From NCBI GenBank assembly GCA_021816845.1, contig JAKAWT010000001.1:6087-70086 (forward strand): DNA of 64,000 nucleotides. The letters are read 5' to 3'. The notes under the pieces are model-generated. The model made no database searches, was not told where the DNA came from, and saw only the letters and a list, made by a program, of their open reading frames with translations. Shown piece by piece: positions 28,354 through 38,028 of this stretch (positions are counted from its first letter, which is position 1; each line of letters begins with the position of its first letter). Source of the DNA: a bacterium (GTDB taxonomy: Bacteria; Patescibacteriota; Dojkabacteria; JAKAPS01; JAJZLI01). Position numbers and translations under genes: made by a program.

Positions 28354-29475
28354 TCAGAAATTTCTCTGTATGATAGTTTCTCCTTTCTTTCCTAGAGGAT
28401 TAAATCCAGTATCAGTATTTGGATTGTATCCAGGTAGCAGCTGGTTGAATGGGATATCCCAAATATATATGCCTTTAACAAAAGACAGACTTCTGAGTGA
28501 AGTAAATGCAGCATCATAATAGTCTGCTTGAGCAGAAGAACTATATATACCAGTGCTACTTGATACCCATGGTTTGCTATAAGATCCCTCCTGTGAAGCT
28601 GCTCCAATTTCTGTTACCACTATAGGCATATTATACTGTTTGTATGCCTGCTCAAGTGCTGACAAATAGGGGCTCCAAGAAGATATCATATCTGTAAGGC
28701 TCGGACCTTGTACTGGCACAAATAGATCTGTACTTATGAAATTGAGTTTATTCCAAAATTGTACATTACTAGATACCAATTGTGGCCACCAATTACTAGA
28801 ATAGGTTATCTCCCCACTAAAAACACTTCTAACCTTTTGTATAAGAGTATCCCAATACCCTGTATACTGCTCCATGGAATTTAGTTCAGCACCTACTGTA
28901 AGTATGCTCCCTTGAGCACTTTGTAGTAACATCGCATAACGAACAATCATATTTGTGTATGATTGAAACCAACTTGAGATATCCTGAGGTTTTATTATAC
29001 CTCTCCAGCCATCACCTCCTCCCTTGAGATTCTTTTGATCCAATATTGGCCTTAGATTAGTACTCAGACCAAAACTGTGTGCTGTTTCCAGTATATCCAT
29101 GAGCTCCAGACTAGTAGGAGTGGATTCACCTGTATACACGCTTGATGCATACAAGTTATCCATGTAGAAAGGGAAATTGATAGATATACTGTTTACTCCA
29201 ATGCTCTTAAGATGAGTAAACAGACTACTAGAAAGTCCTTTTATATCAGGATAGTTCCCGTATAGAAGAATATCAATGCCCTTTTGATAGGATACCTGTA
29301 TTGGTAGTTCTGGTGTCTTGGGACTTGTTACTGGTTTTGGTGTTGTAGTTTTACCTTTTCCCTGGCTTGTTATTTTAATTGTATTTGTAGTTGTTGCACA
29401 TCCTGAAAGAATTGATGCAAAAAGGACAAATACTAACAACCCTCCTATCTTAGATCCTTTTTTGTATGACATCAA
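28354..29475 (-). CDS. lipoprotein glycoside hydrolase (TIM-barrel, clan GH-A-like; GH5/GH113-like)
   Basis: Signal peptide plus lipobox LSGC; Thr/Pro-rich linker; candidate catalytic residues GAELNSME and VVTEIGA. Confidence 0.5.
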   Translation of the reverse strand: MMSYKKGSKIGGLLVFVLFASILSGCATTTNTIKITSQGKGKTTTPKPVTSPKTPELPIQVSYQKGIDILLYGNYPDIKGLSSSLFTHLKSIGVNSISINFPFYMDNLYASSVYTGESTPTSLELMDILETAHSFGLSTNLRPILDQKNLKGGGDGWRGIIKPQDISSWFQSYTNMIVRYAMLLQSAQGSILTVGAELNSMEQYTGYWDTLIQKVRSVFSGEITYSSNWWPQLVSSNVQFWNKLNFISTDLFVPVQGPSLTDMISSWSPYLSALEQAYKQYNMPIVVTEIGAASQEGSYSKPWVSSSTGIYSSSAQADYYDAAFTSLRSLSFVKGIYIWDIPFNQLLPGYNPNTDTGFNPLGKKGETIIQRNF

Positions 29476-30859
29476 ACCCTTCCTTACGCAGTAGGAACTC
29501 TATAAGACCTAGAAGAGACGTTATTGATTCCACTACTGGAATCAGGAATACTCCTGGTATAGCTACTGCCATATGAAGATACTTCTTTAAAGTACCTCCT
29601 TTCTCTGATACACCTAGATTGATTTTAACACCTTCCATATAGCTCCATATTTGAAAAGCCATATTGAAACTCCAAAGTAAAACAATGCCTTTGAAGACAG
29701 GTGCAGTATCTTGACCAATCAGTAACCCTATAAGGATTACAACCCAAACGTTCTGTGCAAAACCAACGAGCCATATAAAGACTGCATAGGATAAAACCTT
29801 TTTGTCTCTAAGATGGATGGATTTATCTGAAATGAGATGTATCAGTCCAGAAGACCACCTCCGACGTTGCTTTATTAGGTCTTTCACACTTGATGGAGAT
29901 GATCCATAAGTTGCACTATTTAAGAATCCAGATTTACCAGGATATTTCTTTGCAAAGAAAAGTGCAAAATAAGCATCCTCTACTTTAACTTTTTTTCCGA
30001 AATCCCAACCTATTGTTTCTTCTATATCACTTCTTAGGAGTAGATGTTCCCCGTGTAATCCCATCCTGGGAGTTCCACCACCTGTGAAAAAATAGAATTT
30101 TGATAGATCATCAATCGGTCTAATTGAATCAGCGAATCTACTTATTGCACTATTTGAACGCTCATACGGAAAGGTCAGTACTCCTTGTGCTAGATAAAAT
30201 TCATTGCCTTTTTTGGAAATGAATTCTGCTATTGATGATATTGTGTCAGACCTTACAGAAGTATCATCATCAAGATGATACACCCAAGTGTTTGCACAGT
30301 TTTCTCCATCAATAGCTCTAACCATCATTGCATATTGATTAGCTCTCGCTTTGTACTTAGTACCATTAGGAGTAGAGTAATCATGAGGAACTACAAGAAT
30401 CCTTACCAAATTACTAGATCCATAGATCTTCTGTAGTATTGAGATACCTTCCGAGCCTTCGTCAACGACAACGTCTATTCTGAAATTTACCATATTGAAT
30501 GGAGCAAATTCCAGAACTGAATCTATCACCCTTTTTAAAGCTGGAATTACATTTGATCTTGCGACAGACGGGACTATAAATATTACTTGATTATTTATAG
30601 TTTCACAGAACCTAGATGGAACTACTTTATACCTCTTTAGGGCTACTATTCCTAAGAATGATATAACCGCTAGTGGAACATTCAAACTCCAAATTAAGGT
30701 TACATACCAATTAAGGGCCTGATATCTAGAACCACCAGTGATATACCAAGAGATTGCACCAAGTATTGTAAAAACTAATAGAAACCTCCAAATATTGACA
30801 TTGAATATACTACGCTTCCTACGACCAGATTCCCCAATATATATTGGAACTGTAGACAA
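29450..30859 (-). CDS. processive family-2 glycosyltransferase (PgaC/IcaA/NodC/cellulose synthase-like polysaccharide synthase)
   Basis: 2 N-terminal and about 4 C-terminal TM helices; central GT-A domain with DDD motifs and a Q-R-R-R-W (QxxRW) motif (IKQRRRWSSG). Confidence 0.7.
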   Translation of the reverse strand: MSTVPIYIGESGRRKRSIFNVNIWRFLLVFTILGAISWYITGGSRYQALNWYVTLIWSLNVPLAVISFLGIVALKRYKVVPSRFCETINNQVIFIVPSVARSNVIPALKRVIDSVLEFAPFNMVNFRIDVVVDEGSEGISILQKIYGSSNLVRILVVPHDYSTPNGTKYKARANQYAMMVRAIDGENCANTWVYHLDDDTSVRSDTISSIAEFISKKGNEFYLAQGVLTFPYERSNSAISRFADSIRPIDDLSKFYFFTGGGTPRMGLHGEHLLLRSDIEETIGWDFGKKVKVEDAYFALFFAKKYPGKSGFLNSATYGSSPSSVKDLIKQRRRWSSGLIHLISDKSIHLRDKKVLSYAVFIWLVGFAQNVWVVILIGLLIGQDTAPVFKGIVLLWSFNMAFQIWSYMEGVKINLGVSEKGGTLKKYLHMAVAIPGVFLIPVVESITSLLGLIEFLLRKEGFDVIQKRI

Positions 30860-31198
30860 CTGTGACTTATCCTCCTTTTAGTTGTAAAAGAACTTGCCGG
30901 ATTATACGTGTACCAATACTACTAACATTACTGTCATTTATATATGGTATACACAAAGTGCATTGTACTAAAAAATAAATTTATAATCAAATGTATAGTG
31001 TCTACATAAGTTGAGATACTAACCTTTTTTTTAAAACATTAGATTTTTTATACAATAATTAAATCCTATAGTGTAATAGGGAATAGGGTATGATTTTAAA
31101 AGCAGGGAGGGTTTATCAACTACATAAATTATACAAAAGAACAATATAAAATAACTGAGTATAATATTATTAGTGGGGGATAGGGTAGGGAGCCATAA

Positions 31199-33943
31199 TT
31201 AGATATTCTTTCCATGACAATTTTTATATTTTTTTCCAGAACCACAGAAACAAGGATCATTCCTTCCAATCTTACTTGCACCAGAAGGTAAATTGGATTT
31301 TTTAGTATTAGTCATTGTTACCTTACTATTATTTTGAGACAAATTAGCTTCTATCTTTTCCAAATTCTCCAACATTAATGGTTCCTGTACTTCTACTTTC
31401 TGGACGTAAAATACTCTTCTTGCAAATTCATACTCGACTGCATTAATGAATCTATCAAACATAGTAAACGCTTCCTGTTTATATGCAACTAGAGGATCAA
31501 CCTGAGCATATCCTTGTAACCCTATACTCTGTTTTAAATAATCCATAGCATCAATATGATCAGTCCAAAGGTAAGATAATACTTGTAGATAAGAATCCTT
31601 CATTATTTGTCTAAACACCTCCTTAGTAAATATCTCTTCTTGCATTGATAGTGCTTCTTCTACTATTTTCTTCAACTGATCCAAAAGATCTTCTTTAATG
31701 ATAACTTTAGATTTTATTGATTCTGATTGTCCAAACAATAAATCTTTCCAATCATTATATGAGATCCCTGATGATTTCAAAACTGTCTCAAAGATCTCTT
31801 TGGGGATAATCGCATATAAGTCATTTATTAAAGTTTCTAATTCTTCTTTAGTTATATCTTCATTTGGGGCTATAGATTCTACTATATTGGTAACTTGGAG
31901 ATTAATTTTATCCAGTACTTCTTTTTTATAGTCAAATTTTTCATCTTCCATATTGTTCAGAAATTTTTTCCTTTTTCTGAATACAACTTCTCTATGTTTA
32001 TTCATAACATCATCATAGTCAACAAGAGATTTTCTAGTATCAAAATTATATGCTTCTATCTTCTTTTGGGATGATTCAATCTGTTTAGAAATAATACCTG
32101 CTTCTATAGGAACATTTTCATCTACTTTCAAAGTAGAAAGAATTCTTGCTACAGACTCTCCTCCAAATATTCGCATTAAATCATCATCAAGTGACACGTA
32201 AAATCTAGCTGATCCAGGATCACCTTGTCTTCCAGTTCTACCTCTAAGCTGATTATCAATCCTTCTCGATTCATGCCTTTGAGTTCCTATAACATGTAAA
32301 CCCCCAAGTTCCTTAACACCTTCACCCAAAACTATATCAGTACCTCTTCCTGCCATATTAGTAGCTATAGTTACTTGTCCTTTTTCTCCAGCATGAGATA
32401 TTATTTCAGCTTCCTGTTCATGATATTTAGCGTTTAAAACAGTATGGGGAATACCTTCTTTAGAAAGTAGATTAGATAGATATTCAGATGTGTCCACAGA
32501 GGTTGTACCAACAAGTAGTGGTCTCTTTTTTTTATTATTTTCTTTGATTTCATCTATTACAGCTCTAAACTTAGCATCCTTATTTCTATATACCCTATCG
32601 GCATAATCTATCCTTATATTAGGTCTGTTAGGAGGTATAGCAATAACATCAAGATGATAAATCTTGAAAAATTCTTCAGCTTCTGTCATTGCTGTCCCAG
32701 TCATTCCTGCAAGGTATTTATATAATCTAAAGAAATTTTGGAAAGTTATCGTAGCTAAAGTTCTACTCTCTTGTAAAATTTCAACTCCCTCTTTAGCTTC
32801 TATTGCTTGATGAAGACCTTCTGAAAATCTTCTATCAGGCATTATTCTACCTGTAAATTCATCAACTATTATAACTTTTCCATCTTTTACAAGGTATTCA
32901 TCATCCTTAATGAAAAATGATTTAGCTTTTAAAGCATTTTCCAGATGATATGTGTTCTTATAATCACTCCATATATCATCAACATGCATAATCTTCTCTA
33001 TTTTGTCTATACCGTTTTCTGTCAAAGTTACAGACTGTATTTTCTCATCAAGAATATAATCATCTCCAACCTGTAATTGTTGCGCAATTTGGGCAAAACG
33101 TGTATATAAAGATACATCACTCTCAACTGGGTCAGATATAATTAATGGGGTTCTAGATTCATCAATTAATACTGAATCAGCTTCATCAACTATGCAAAAA
33201 AAGAGTTCTCTTTGAGAAAAATCAGATTTTGAATATACAAGATTATCTCTCAGATAATCAAATCCAAAATCATTATTTGTACCATATGTAATATCACATT
33301 CATATGCTTCTTTTTTTGTACATTCAAAAAGTTGTGCACCATGCATACTATTAAGCCTAAATCCTTCCTTTTTAAGTGAATCTATTTCAGACTCTGTTTT
33401 TCCATATTCTTTTAATTTATCTAAAGGAATAAACTTATATGTTTTATCAGAAGTAACAACTCCTACTGAGAGTCCTAAAAAAGAATAAATATGTCCACAC
33501 CATTCAGCATCTCTTTTTGCAAGATAATCATTAACAGTAACAATATGAGCTCCCTTTTTAAATAAAGCATATAAAGTCAGTGGTAGTGTAGCAACAAGAG
33601 TCTTTCCTTCTCCTGTTAAAAGCTCTACAAGCCTTCCTTGTGCCATGGCAAGACCAGCCATAAGCTGAACATCATAGTGCCTATGATTTAAAGACCTTTT
33701 AGCAGCTTCTCTCACTATTGCAAAAACTTCTGGAAAAAACTCATCTCTCATCCTCTCTATATCATCATCTTTAGTCTTAGAGAGTTTCTTTATTATATCT
33801 TGAATCTTAACTCTCATCTCATCATCAGATAATTTTGATACTTTATCCTCAAGATTATTTATAAGTATAATTTTTCCCTCAAGCCTTTTTACCTGTTTTT
33901 GATTGGAATCGAAAAATTTATTAAAAATAGACATAACAGTCAA
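31199..33943 (-). CDS. secA: preprotein translocase ATPase SecA
   Basis: 914 aa; DEAD-motor motifs (GEGKTLVATL, IVDEADSVLIDE); C-terminal zinc finger CFCGSGKKYKNCHG. Confidence 0.95.
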   Translation of the reverse strand: MTVMSIFNKFFDSNQKQVKRLEGKIILINNLEDKVSKLSDDEMRVKIQDIIKKLSKTKDDDIERMRDEFFPEVFAIVREAAKRSLNHRHYDVQLMAGLAMAQGRLVELLTGEGKTLVATLPLTLYALFKKGAHIVTVNDYLAKRDAEWCGHIYSFLGLSVGVVTSDKTYKFIPLDKLKEYGKTESEIDSLKKEGFRLNSMHGAQLFECTKKEAYECDITYGTNNDFGFDYLRDNLVYSKSDFSQRELFFCIVDEADSVLIDESRTPLIISDPVESDVSLYTRFAQIAQQLQVGDDYILDEKIQSVTLTENGIDKIEKIMHVDDIWSDYKNTYHLENALKAKSFFIKDDEYLVKDGKVIIVDEFTGRIMPDRRFSEGLHQAIEAKEGVEILQESRTLATITFQNFFRLYKYLAGMTGTAMTEAEEFFKIYHLDVIAIPPNRPNIRIDYADRVYRNKDAKFRAVIDEIKENNKKKRPLLVGTTSVDTSEYLSNLLSKEGIPHTVLNAKYHEQEAEIISHAGEKGQVTIATNMAGRGTDIVLGEGVKELGGLHVIGTQRHESRRIDNQLRGRTGRQGDPGSARFYVSLDDDLMRIFGGESVARILSTLKVDENVPIEAGIISKQIESSQKKIEAYNFDTRKSLVDYDDVMNKHREVVFRKRKKFLNNMEDEKFDYKKEVLDKINLQVTNIVESIAPNEDITKEELETLINDLYAIIPKEIFETVLKSSGISYNDWKDLLFGQSESIKSKVIIKEDLLDQLKKIVEEALSMQEEIFTKEVFRQIMKDSYLQVLSYLWTDHIDAMDYLKQSIGLQGYAQVDPLVAYKQEAFTMFDRFINAVEYEFARRVFYVQKVEVQEPLMLENLEKIEANLSQNNSKVTMTNTKKSNLPSGASKIGRNDPCFCGSGKKYKNCHGKNI

Positions 33944-33952
33944 CCAATGTAT

Positions 33953-34438
33953 CTAATTTTCTATACTTAATATAGTATATTCTACTATATCATCACCCAC
34001 GGTTACATTAACACTATCCCCTTTCTTTTTTTTAACTAAAGCTGCTCCTATAGGAGAATCAACTGATATTTTACCCTCCATAGGGTTACTCTCTGAAACA
34101 CCTACCATTATAAGTGTCTTTTCACCTTTATCTGATTTTACAACAATTTTAGAACCTATTTGGACTATATTGTCATCTCCTCTATCTGTTGCAATAACAT
34201 AGTTTTTTAGTATATCTTCAATCTCACTTATCCTAGCCTCGTTAAGCTCTCTCTCAAGCATAGCAGCAGAGTATGCACCATTTTCAGATAAATCACCTTC
34301 TAAACGTGCTCTATTAATATCATCATTAATACTTTTTCTTTGTATATTAACTTTATTACTGTATTCCTCTTTTAGAGCCTCCAGTCCTTTTTTAGTTAAT
34401 AAAAATTTGTTAGAAAAATCTCTGTTTTTCTTTATCAT
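33953..34438 (-). CDS. greA: transcription elongation factor GreA
   Basis: 161 aa; N-terminal coiled-coil with acidic tip and a C-terminal FKBP-like domain. Confidence 0.85.
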   Translation of the reverse strand: MIKKNRDFSNKFLLTKKGLEALKEEYSNKVNIQRKSINDDINRARLEGDLSENGAYSAAMLERELNEARISEIEDILKNYVIATDRGDDNIVQIGSKIVVKSDKGEKTLIMVGVSESNPMEGKISVDSPIGAALVKKKKGDSVNVTVGDDIVEYTILSIEN

Positions 34439-34569
34439 AACACTTAATTATATAAATCAATAGGAAAAATAAGCCTCCTTCTAAATAAGCTTACTTGTAA
34501 TGTACGATTGTAGCATAAATAGTAATATTTTCATATATCAAAAATACTATTATTATAGGTGTATACAAC

Positions 34570-35544
34570 TTAATAGTGATATGCCAATCCTGCTACAGTG
34601 ACAGCATTATCTGTACATAATTCTATTGGAGGGAAATACAGGCTAAATTCATCCCTGTACTTTTCAAATTCTTTTCTTATCCTTAAATTTGCAGCAACCC
34701 CTCCAGCTATTGTGATTGTATTTATATTAAGAGTTCTTGCTGCTTTTATAGTTTTCCTAACTAATATATCTGCAACTGCAAACTGAAATGATGCAAGTAC
34801 ATCTTCCCTATTTACACCTTTATGACTTTTCATATAATATAATACTGACGTTTTCAACCCTGAGAATGAGAAATTAAAATCATTAGATCCTATCATTGGC
34901 CTTGGAAAATCTACAAAATTTTCATTACCAGAATCAGATATCTTTGATATATGTGGTCCTCCAGGATAAGGTAGTCCAAACATTCTTGCAACCTTATCAA
35001 ATGCCTCCCCTGCTGCATCATCAACAGTTTGACCTATAACTTCCATGGATGTTGCTGATAATACTTTTATTATCTGAGTATGACCTCCAGATATTAGTAG
35101 AGAAATATGTGGAAACTCTATATTAGGATTTGTTAGAATATTAGCATATACATGAGCATATAAATGATTAATATTAACAATTGGTAAACCTTTTGTCTTG
35201 GATCTAGATCCCCAGGATCCAGATCCCTTGGGTCTAGACCCCTTGGCAAAGCCATGGGCAAAAGAAACCCCTACTAATAAGGCTGGAACCAATCCTGGAT
35301 TCAGGGTTACAGCTATCTTTGAAATTTCAATATTAGAATTTCTATTTATTATCTTATCAATTAATAGTGGTAAAACTTCAATATGCATTCTTGAGGCTTT
35401 TTCAGGAACAACTCCACCAGTATCAACATGATCTTGAGAAGATAACAGAGAATCTATTATCACAAAACCATTCTTTACTATTGCAACTCCAGTATCATCA
35501 CAAGATGTTTCAATGCCTAATATATTAATATCACTTTTTTTCAT
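34570..35544 (-). CDS. tsaD: tRNA N6-adenosine threonylcarbamoyltransferase TsaD, with a low-complexity insertion
   Basis: N-terminus ILGIETSCDDTGVAIV; His pair (HLYAHVYA); about 16 extra aa (KGSRPKGSGSWGSRSKTKG) relative to canonical TsaD, encoded by GGATCTAGATCC-type palindromes. Confidence 0.85.
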   Translation of the reverse strand: MKKSDINILGIETSCDDTGVAIVKNGFVIIDSLLSSQDHVDTGGVVPEKASRMHIEVLPLLIDKIINRNSNIEISKIAVTLNPGLVPALLVGVSFAHGFAKGSRPKGSGSWGSRSKTKGLPIVNINHLYAHVYANILTNPNIEFPHISLLISGGHTQIIKVLSATSMEVIGQTVDDAAGEAFDKVARMFGLPYPGGPHISKISDSGNENFVDFPRPMIGSNDFNFSFSGLKTSVLYYMKSHKGVNREDVLASFQFAVADILVRKTIKAARTLNINTITIAGGVAANLRIRKEFEKYRDEFSLYFPPIELCTDNAVTVAGLAYHY

Positions 35545-36056
35545 AATGTTTTTATGTATAGAGGAAGTACATATAAAGGATCATCAAATTCTCTACTCTT
35601 TATTTTCCTTTTTATAATTTTAAAAAAAATATTATAATCTAGCTCAATAGGTATAAATTCCTCATCATGTATAATTTCATAACCTTTAACGTTGGATCTA
35701 GATTCTGAGGATTTAGATCCATTTTTTATAAATATATTTCCCCTTCCTGCAGATACAATCTCAGGCTTTCCCATTTCTTTGAGTACATCAAATGATGATA
35801 TAGCCACAATAGGAGTTTTCCTTGCAAGTGAGTATCCTTTAACATAAGCTAGAGATGCTCTAGTACTTGTAAAAGAACCAGGCCCTTTATTAATACCTAT
35901 AAATCTCACGTTACCAAACACATCGAAAATATTGTCTAGAGATAAGAATACATTATTAAGTTCACCTTCAAACTTTTTTTCAACCTTATCATCCTTATAT
36001 AAAAAACATTTTAGTTTATCTTTTGTAGCATCAATTATTAAGATTTCCATATTCAA
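35541..36056 (-). CDS. tsaB: tRNA threonylcarbamoyladenosine biosynthesis protein TsaB (YeaZ-like, short)
   Basis: 171 aa; FIGINKGPGSFTSTRASLAYVKG; adjacent to and overlapping tsaD and tsaE. Confidence 0.65.
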   Translation of the reverse strand: MNMEILIIDATKDKLKCFLYKDDKVEKKFEGELNNVFLSLDNIFDVFGNVRFIGINKGPGSFTSTRASLAYVKGYSLARKTPIVAISSFDVLKEMGKPEIVSAGRGNIFIKNGSKSSESRSNVKGYEIIHDEEFIPIELDYNIFFKIIKRKIKSREFDDPLYVLPLYIKTL

Positions 36057-36528
36057 CCTCTATTTCCCTAACATTATTACTTCTAGAACCATATGATTCC
36101 AATTGTACATGTTTAAAATATATTTTTATAATTTCACCCTGATTGGAGAATTTTGATCCTAAAGATGCAGATTTAAGACTATCTATAATATGATTAAATT
36201 TATCTGCCCACTCAATAATTACCACACCATGCCCCAAAACATCATAAAAATCTACTCTCTCCAAATCCTCTGGATCATCTAACCTATACCAGTCAAAATG
36301 ATATAGAAACATACCATTATTTTCATGATCTGCCCTTATTATAAAGGTAGGAGATGTTATCTCGTCTTCGAACCCTAATGATTTAGCTAACATTTTTGTA
36401 AATGTAGTTTTACCTGCCCCTAGATCCCCGTATAAACATAAAATTTCATTACCCTTTATGCTCTTTGCTAATTTTTCTGCAACTCTATTTGTATCAGAAA
36501 CATCTTCTGATTTATATTTCATTATCAT
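36031..36528 (-). CDS. tsaE: tRNA threonylcarbamoyladenosine biosynthesis ATPase TsaE
   Basis: Walker A GDLGAGKTTFTK; 165 aa. Confidence 0.75.
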   Translation of the reverse strand: MIMKYKSEDVSDTNRVAEKLAKSIKGNEILCLYGDLGAGKTTFTKMLAKSLGFEDEITSPTFIIRADHENNGMFLYHFDWYRLDDPEDLERVDFYDVLGHGVVIIEWADKFNHIIDSLKSASLGSKFSNQGEIIKIYFKHVQLESYGSRSNNVREIEVEYGNLNN

Positions 36529-36635
36529 ATAAAAACAAATTAAACCTTATTATACTATAAAAGTATCACATCAATACAATTATTAGTAAAATAAATTAAT
36601 AGGATATTTCAGAACTAAAGAATTATTTTGATAAT

Positions 36636-37067
36636 TCAATACCTTTTTAAATTTCTATTTATAATTCTCTGCAATATAGTATTCCCATACTTATACCTAT
36701 TCAAATTTCCCAAAGATAAATTAATTTCATCCTTTATATTTTTTGGGATCTCATTCCATGATTTTATATCTGTTTTTTTTAAGACTAAATTTTCAGCTAA
36801 TATATTAGCTTCTCCTTTATTGATTTTTAATTTTAAAAGAATACTGACTACCTCACTACGAACTTTTAAAAGTCTATACATGTACCTAAATTCATAAAAC
36901 AACTTTGTTGTGTAAAAAGCTATAAAAAGTACAATAGCAACGTAAATTACAGACAAATAAAAATTTAGGTGTACTACACTCTCATATGCATTATATGTAA
37001 AATATATTCCTACTACTATGAGAGCAAATAATATAAGGGATTTAATTCTTTGATCGTTTTTGCTCAT
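36636..37067 (-). CDS. membrane protein (2 TM plus cytoplasmic tail), last gene of the cyt b-like operon
   Basis: 143 aa; preferred over the antisense ORF 36628..36897; overlaps the upstream gene. Confidence 0.4.
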   Translation of the reverse strand: MSKNDQRIKSLILFALIVVGIYFTYNAYESVVHLNFYLSVIYVAIVLFIAFYTTKLFYEFRYMYRLLKVRSEVVSILLKLKINKGEANILAENLVLKKTDIKSWNEIPKNIKDEINLSLGNLNRYKYGNTILQRIINRNLKRY

Positions 37068-38028
37068 TATAGAACCTTCTCCATATAATCTTATACACTG
37101 GTATTATGTATGGTATCCTACGTAACCCAGGAATTAGGGGTAGAAATGTAATGATTGCAATCAGCAGAGAGAAAGTTGCAAAGGCCATAAGATCTGCTGC
37201 TGGTGAATTAGCATAAAAAGGTGTTTGGTATAAAGATGTATAAAATACAAGCCACCAAGGACCAGGATAAGGACCAGTTTCTTTTAATATACCCCACTCT
37301 CCTCCAAGCATATTTAGACTCGCAGCCTTAGCTTGCAGTGGTGCTCCTTGAAGGAATAGTAATCTATTTTGTTCATTATAGGTATATACTCCATTATTAT
37401 CTACATTTTCTCTTGTCAATGCTCTTGAGAACAAACCACTTTGTCCTAATTTTAAAAGTTCATTTAACATTTGTACTACTGGTCCATAGTTACCATTAGG
37501 AAATATAACAAGCCCATCTTCATATCTAGCATTAGGAAGAGCTTTTAGGGTATTCTGTTCCCAAATATTTTGTTGTCTTTTTGTTGCATTATTATATTCG
37601 TTAAGTATTAAACTGATGTTAGGGTTAATACTTGATTCCATCTGCAATGGAATTATCACAAAATCATTTTTTGTATTAATTGGCAATGTTACTCCTTCAA
37701 TACCTCCAGGCGATATTGGCCCTATATTTTGCGCTGTGCCATTGTTATTAAATGGAGGTCCATATGTTGCAATCGCACTTGTACCCATAAGATCATGTAG
37801 TGTAGTTGTAACAAAACCAATTGGGTGATTTTTAGCATACCCTCTAACTGATAAAGGTGGGGTATTAGGAGATTTTAGAAATATAGAAAGCAGTATAACT
37901 AAAACTATAATCGCAATAAAGCTCACAGATGCTTCTTTCACTAAATCTGATTCTTTCAAACCTATATTTTGTGAATCTAGACTCCTTGAGTCAAGACTCT
38001 TTGTATCAACATTTCTATTATCCATCAT
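37042..38028 (-). CDS. cytochrome b C-terminal-domain / subunit IV-like protein fused to a large Cys-free extracytoplasmic domain
   Basis: N-terminal TM, about 230-aa ectodomain, then PGPWWLVFY (PEWY-like Qo motif) and 1-2 TM helices; overlaps the cyt b6-like gene by 11 nt. Confidence 0.4.
   Translation of the reverse strand: MMDNRNVDTKSLDSRSLDSQNIGLKESDLVKEASVSFIAIIVLVILLSIFLKSPNTPPLSVRGYAKNHPIGFVTTTLHDLMGTSAIATYGPPFNNNGTAQNIGPISPGGIEGVTLPINTKNDFVIIPLQMESSINPNISLILNEYNNATKRQQNIWEQNTLKALPNARYEDGLVIFPNGNYGPVVQMLNELLKLGQSGLFSRALTRENVDNNGVYTYNEQNRLLFLQGAPLQAKAASLNMLGGEWGILKETGPYPGPWWLVFYTSLYQTPFYANSPAADLMAFATFSLLIAIITFLPLIPGLRRIPYIIPVYKIIWRRFYNEQKRSKN

Noticed and set aside
31073-31194. G-tract cluster (TAGGGAATAGGG … GGGAGGG … GGGGGATAGGGTAGGG) as a possible G-quadruplex
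   Set aside because: The tracts are spread over about 120 nt with long A/T-rich spacers, so a stable intramolecular G4 is doubtful. Kept only as part of the compositional oddity of the island's upstream region.
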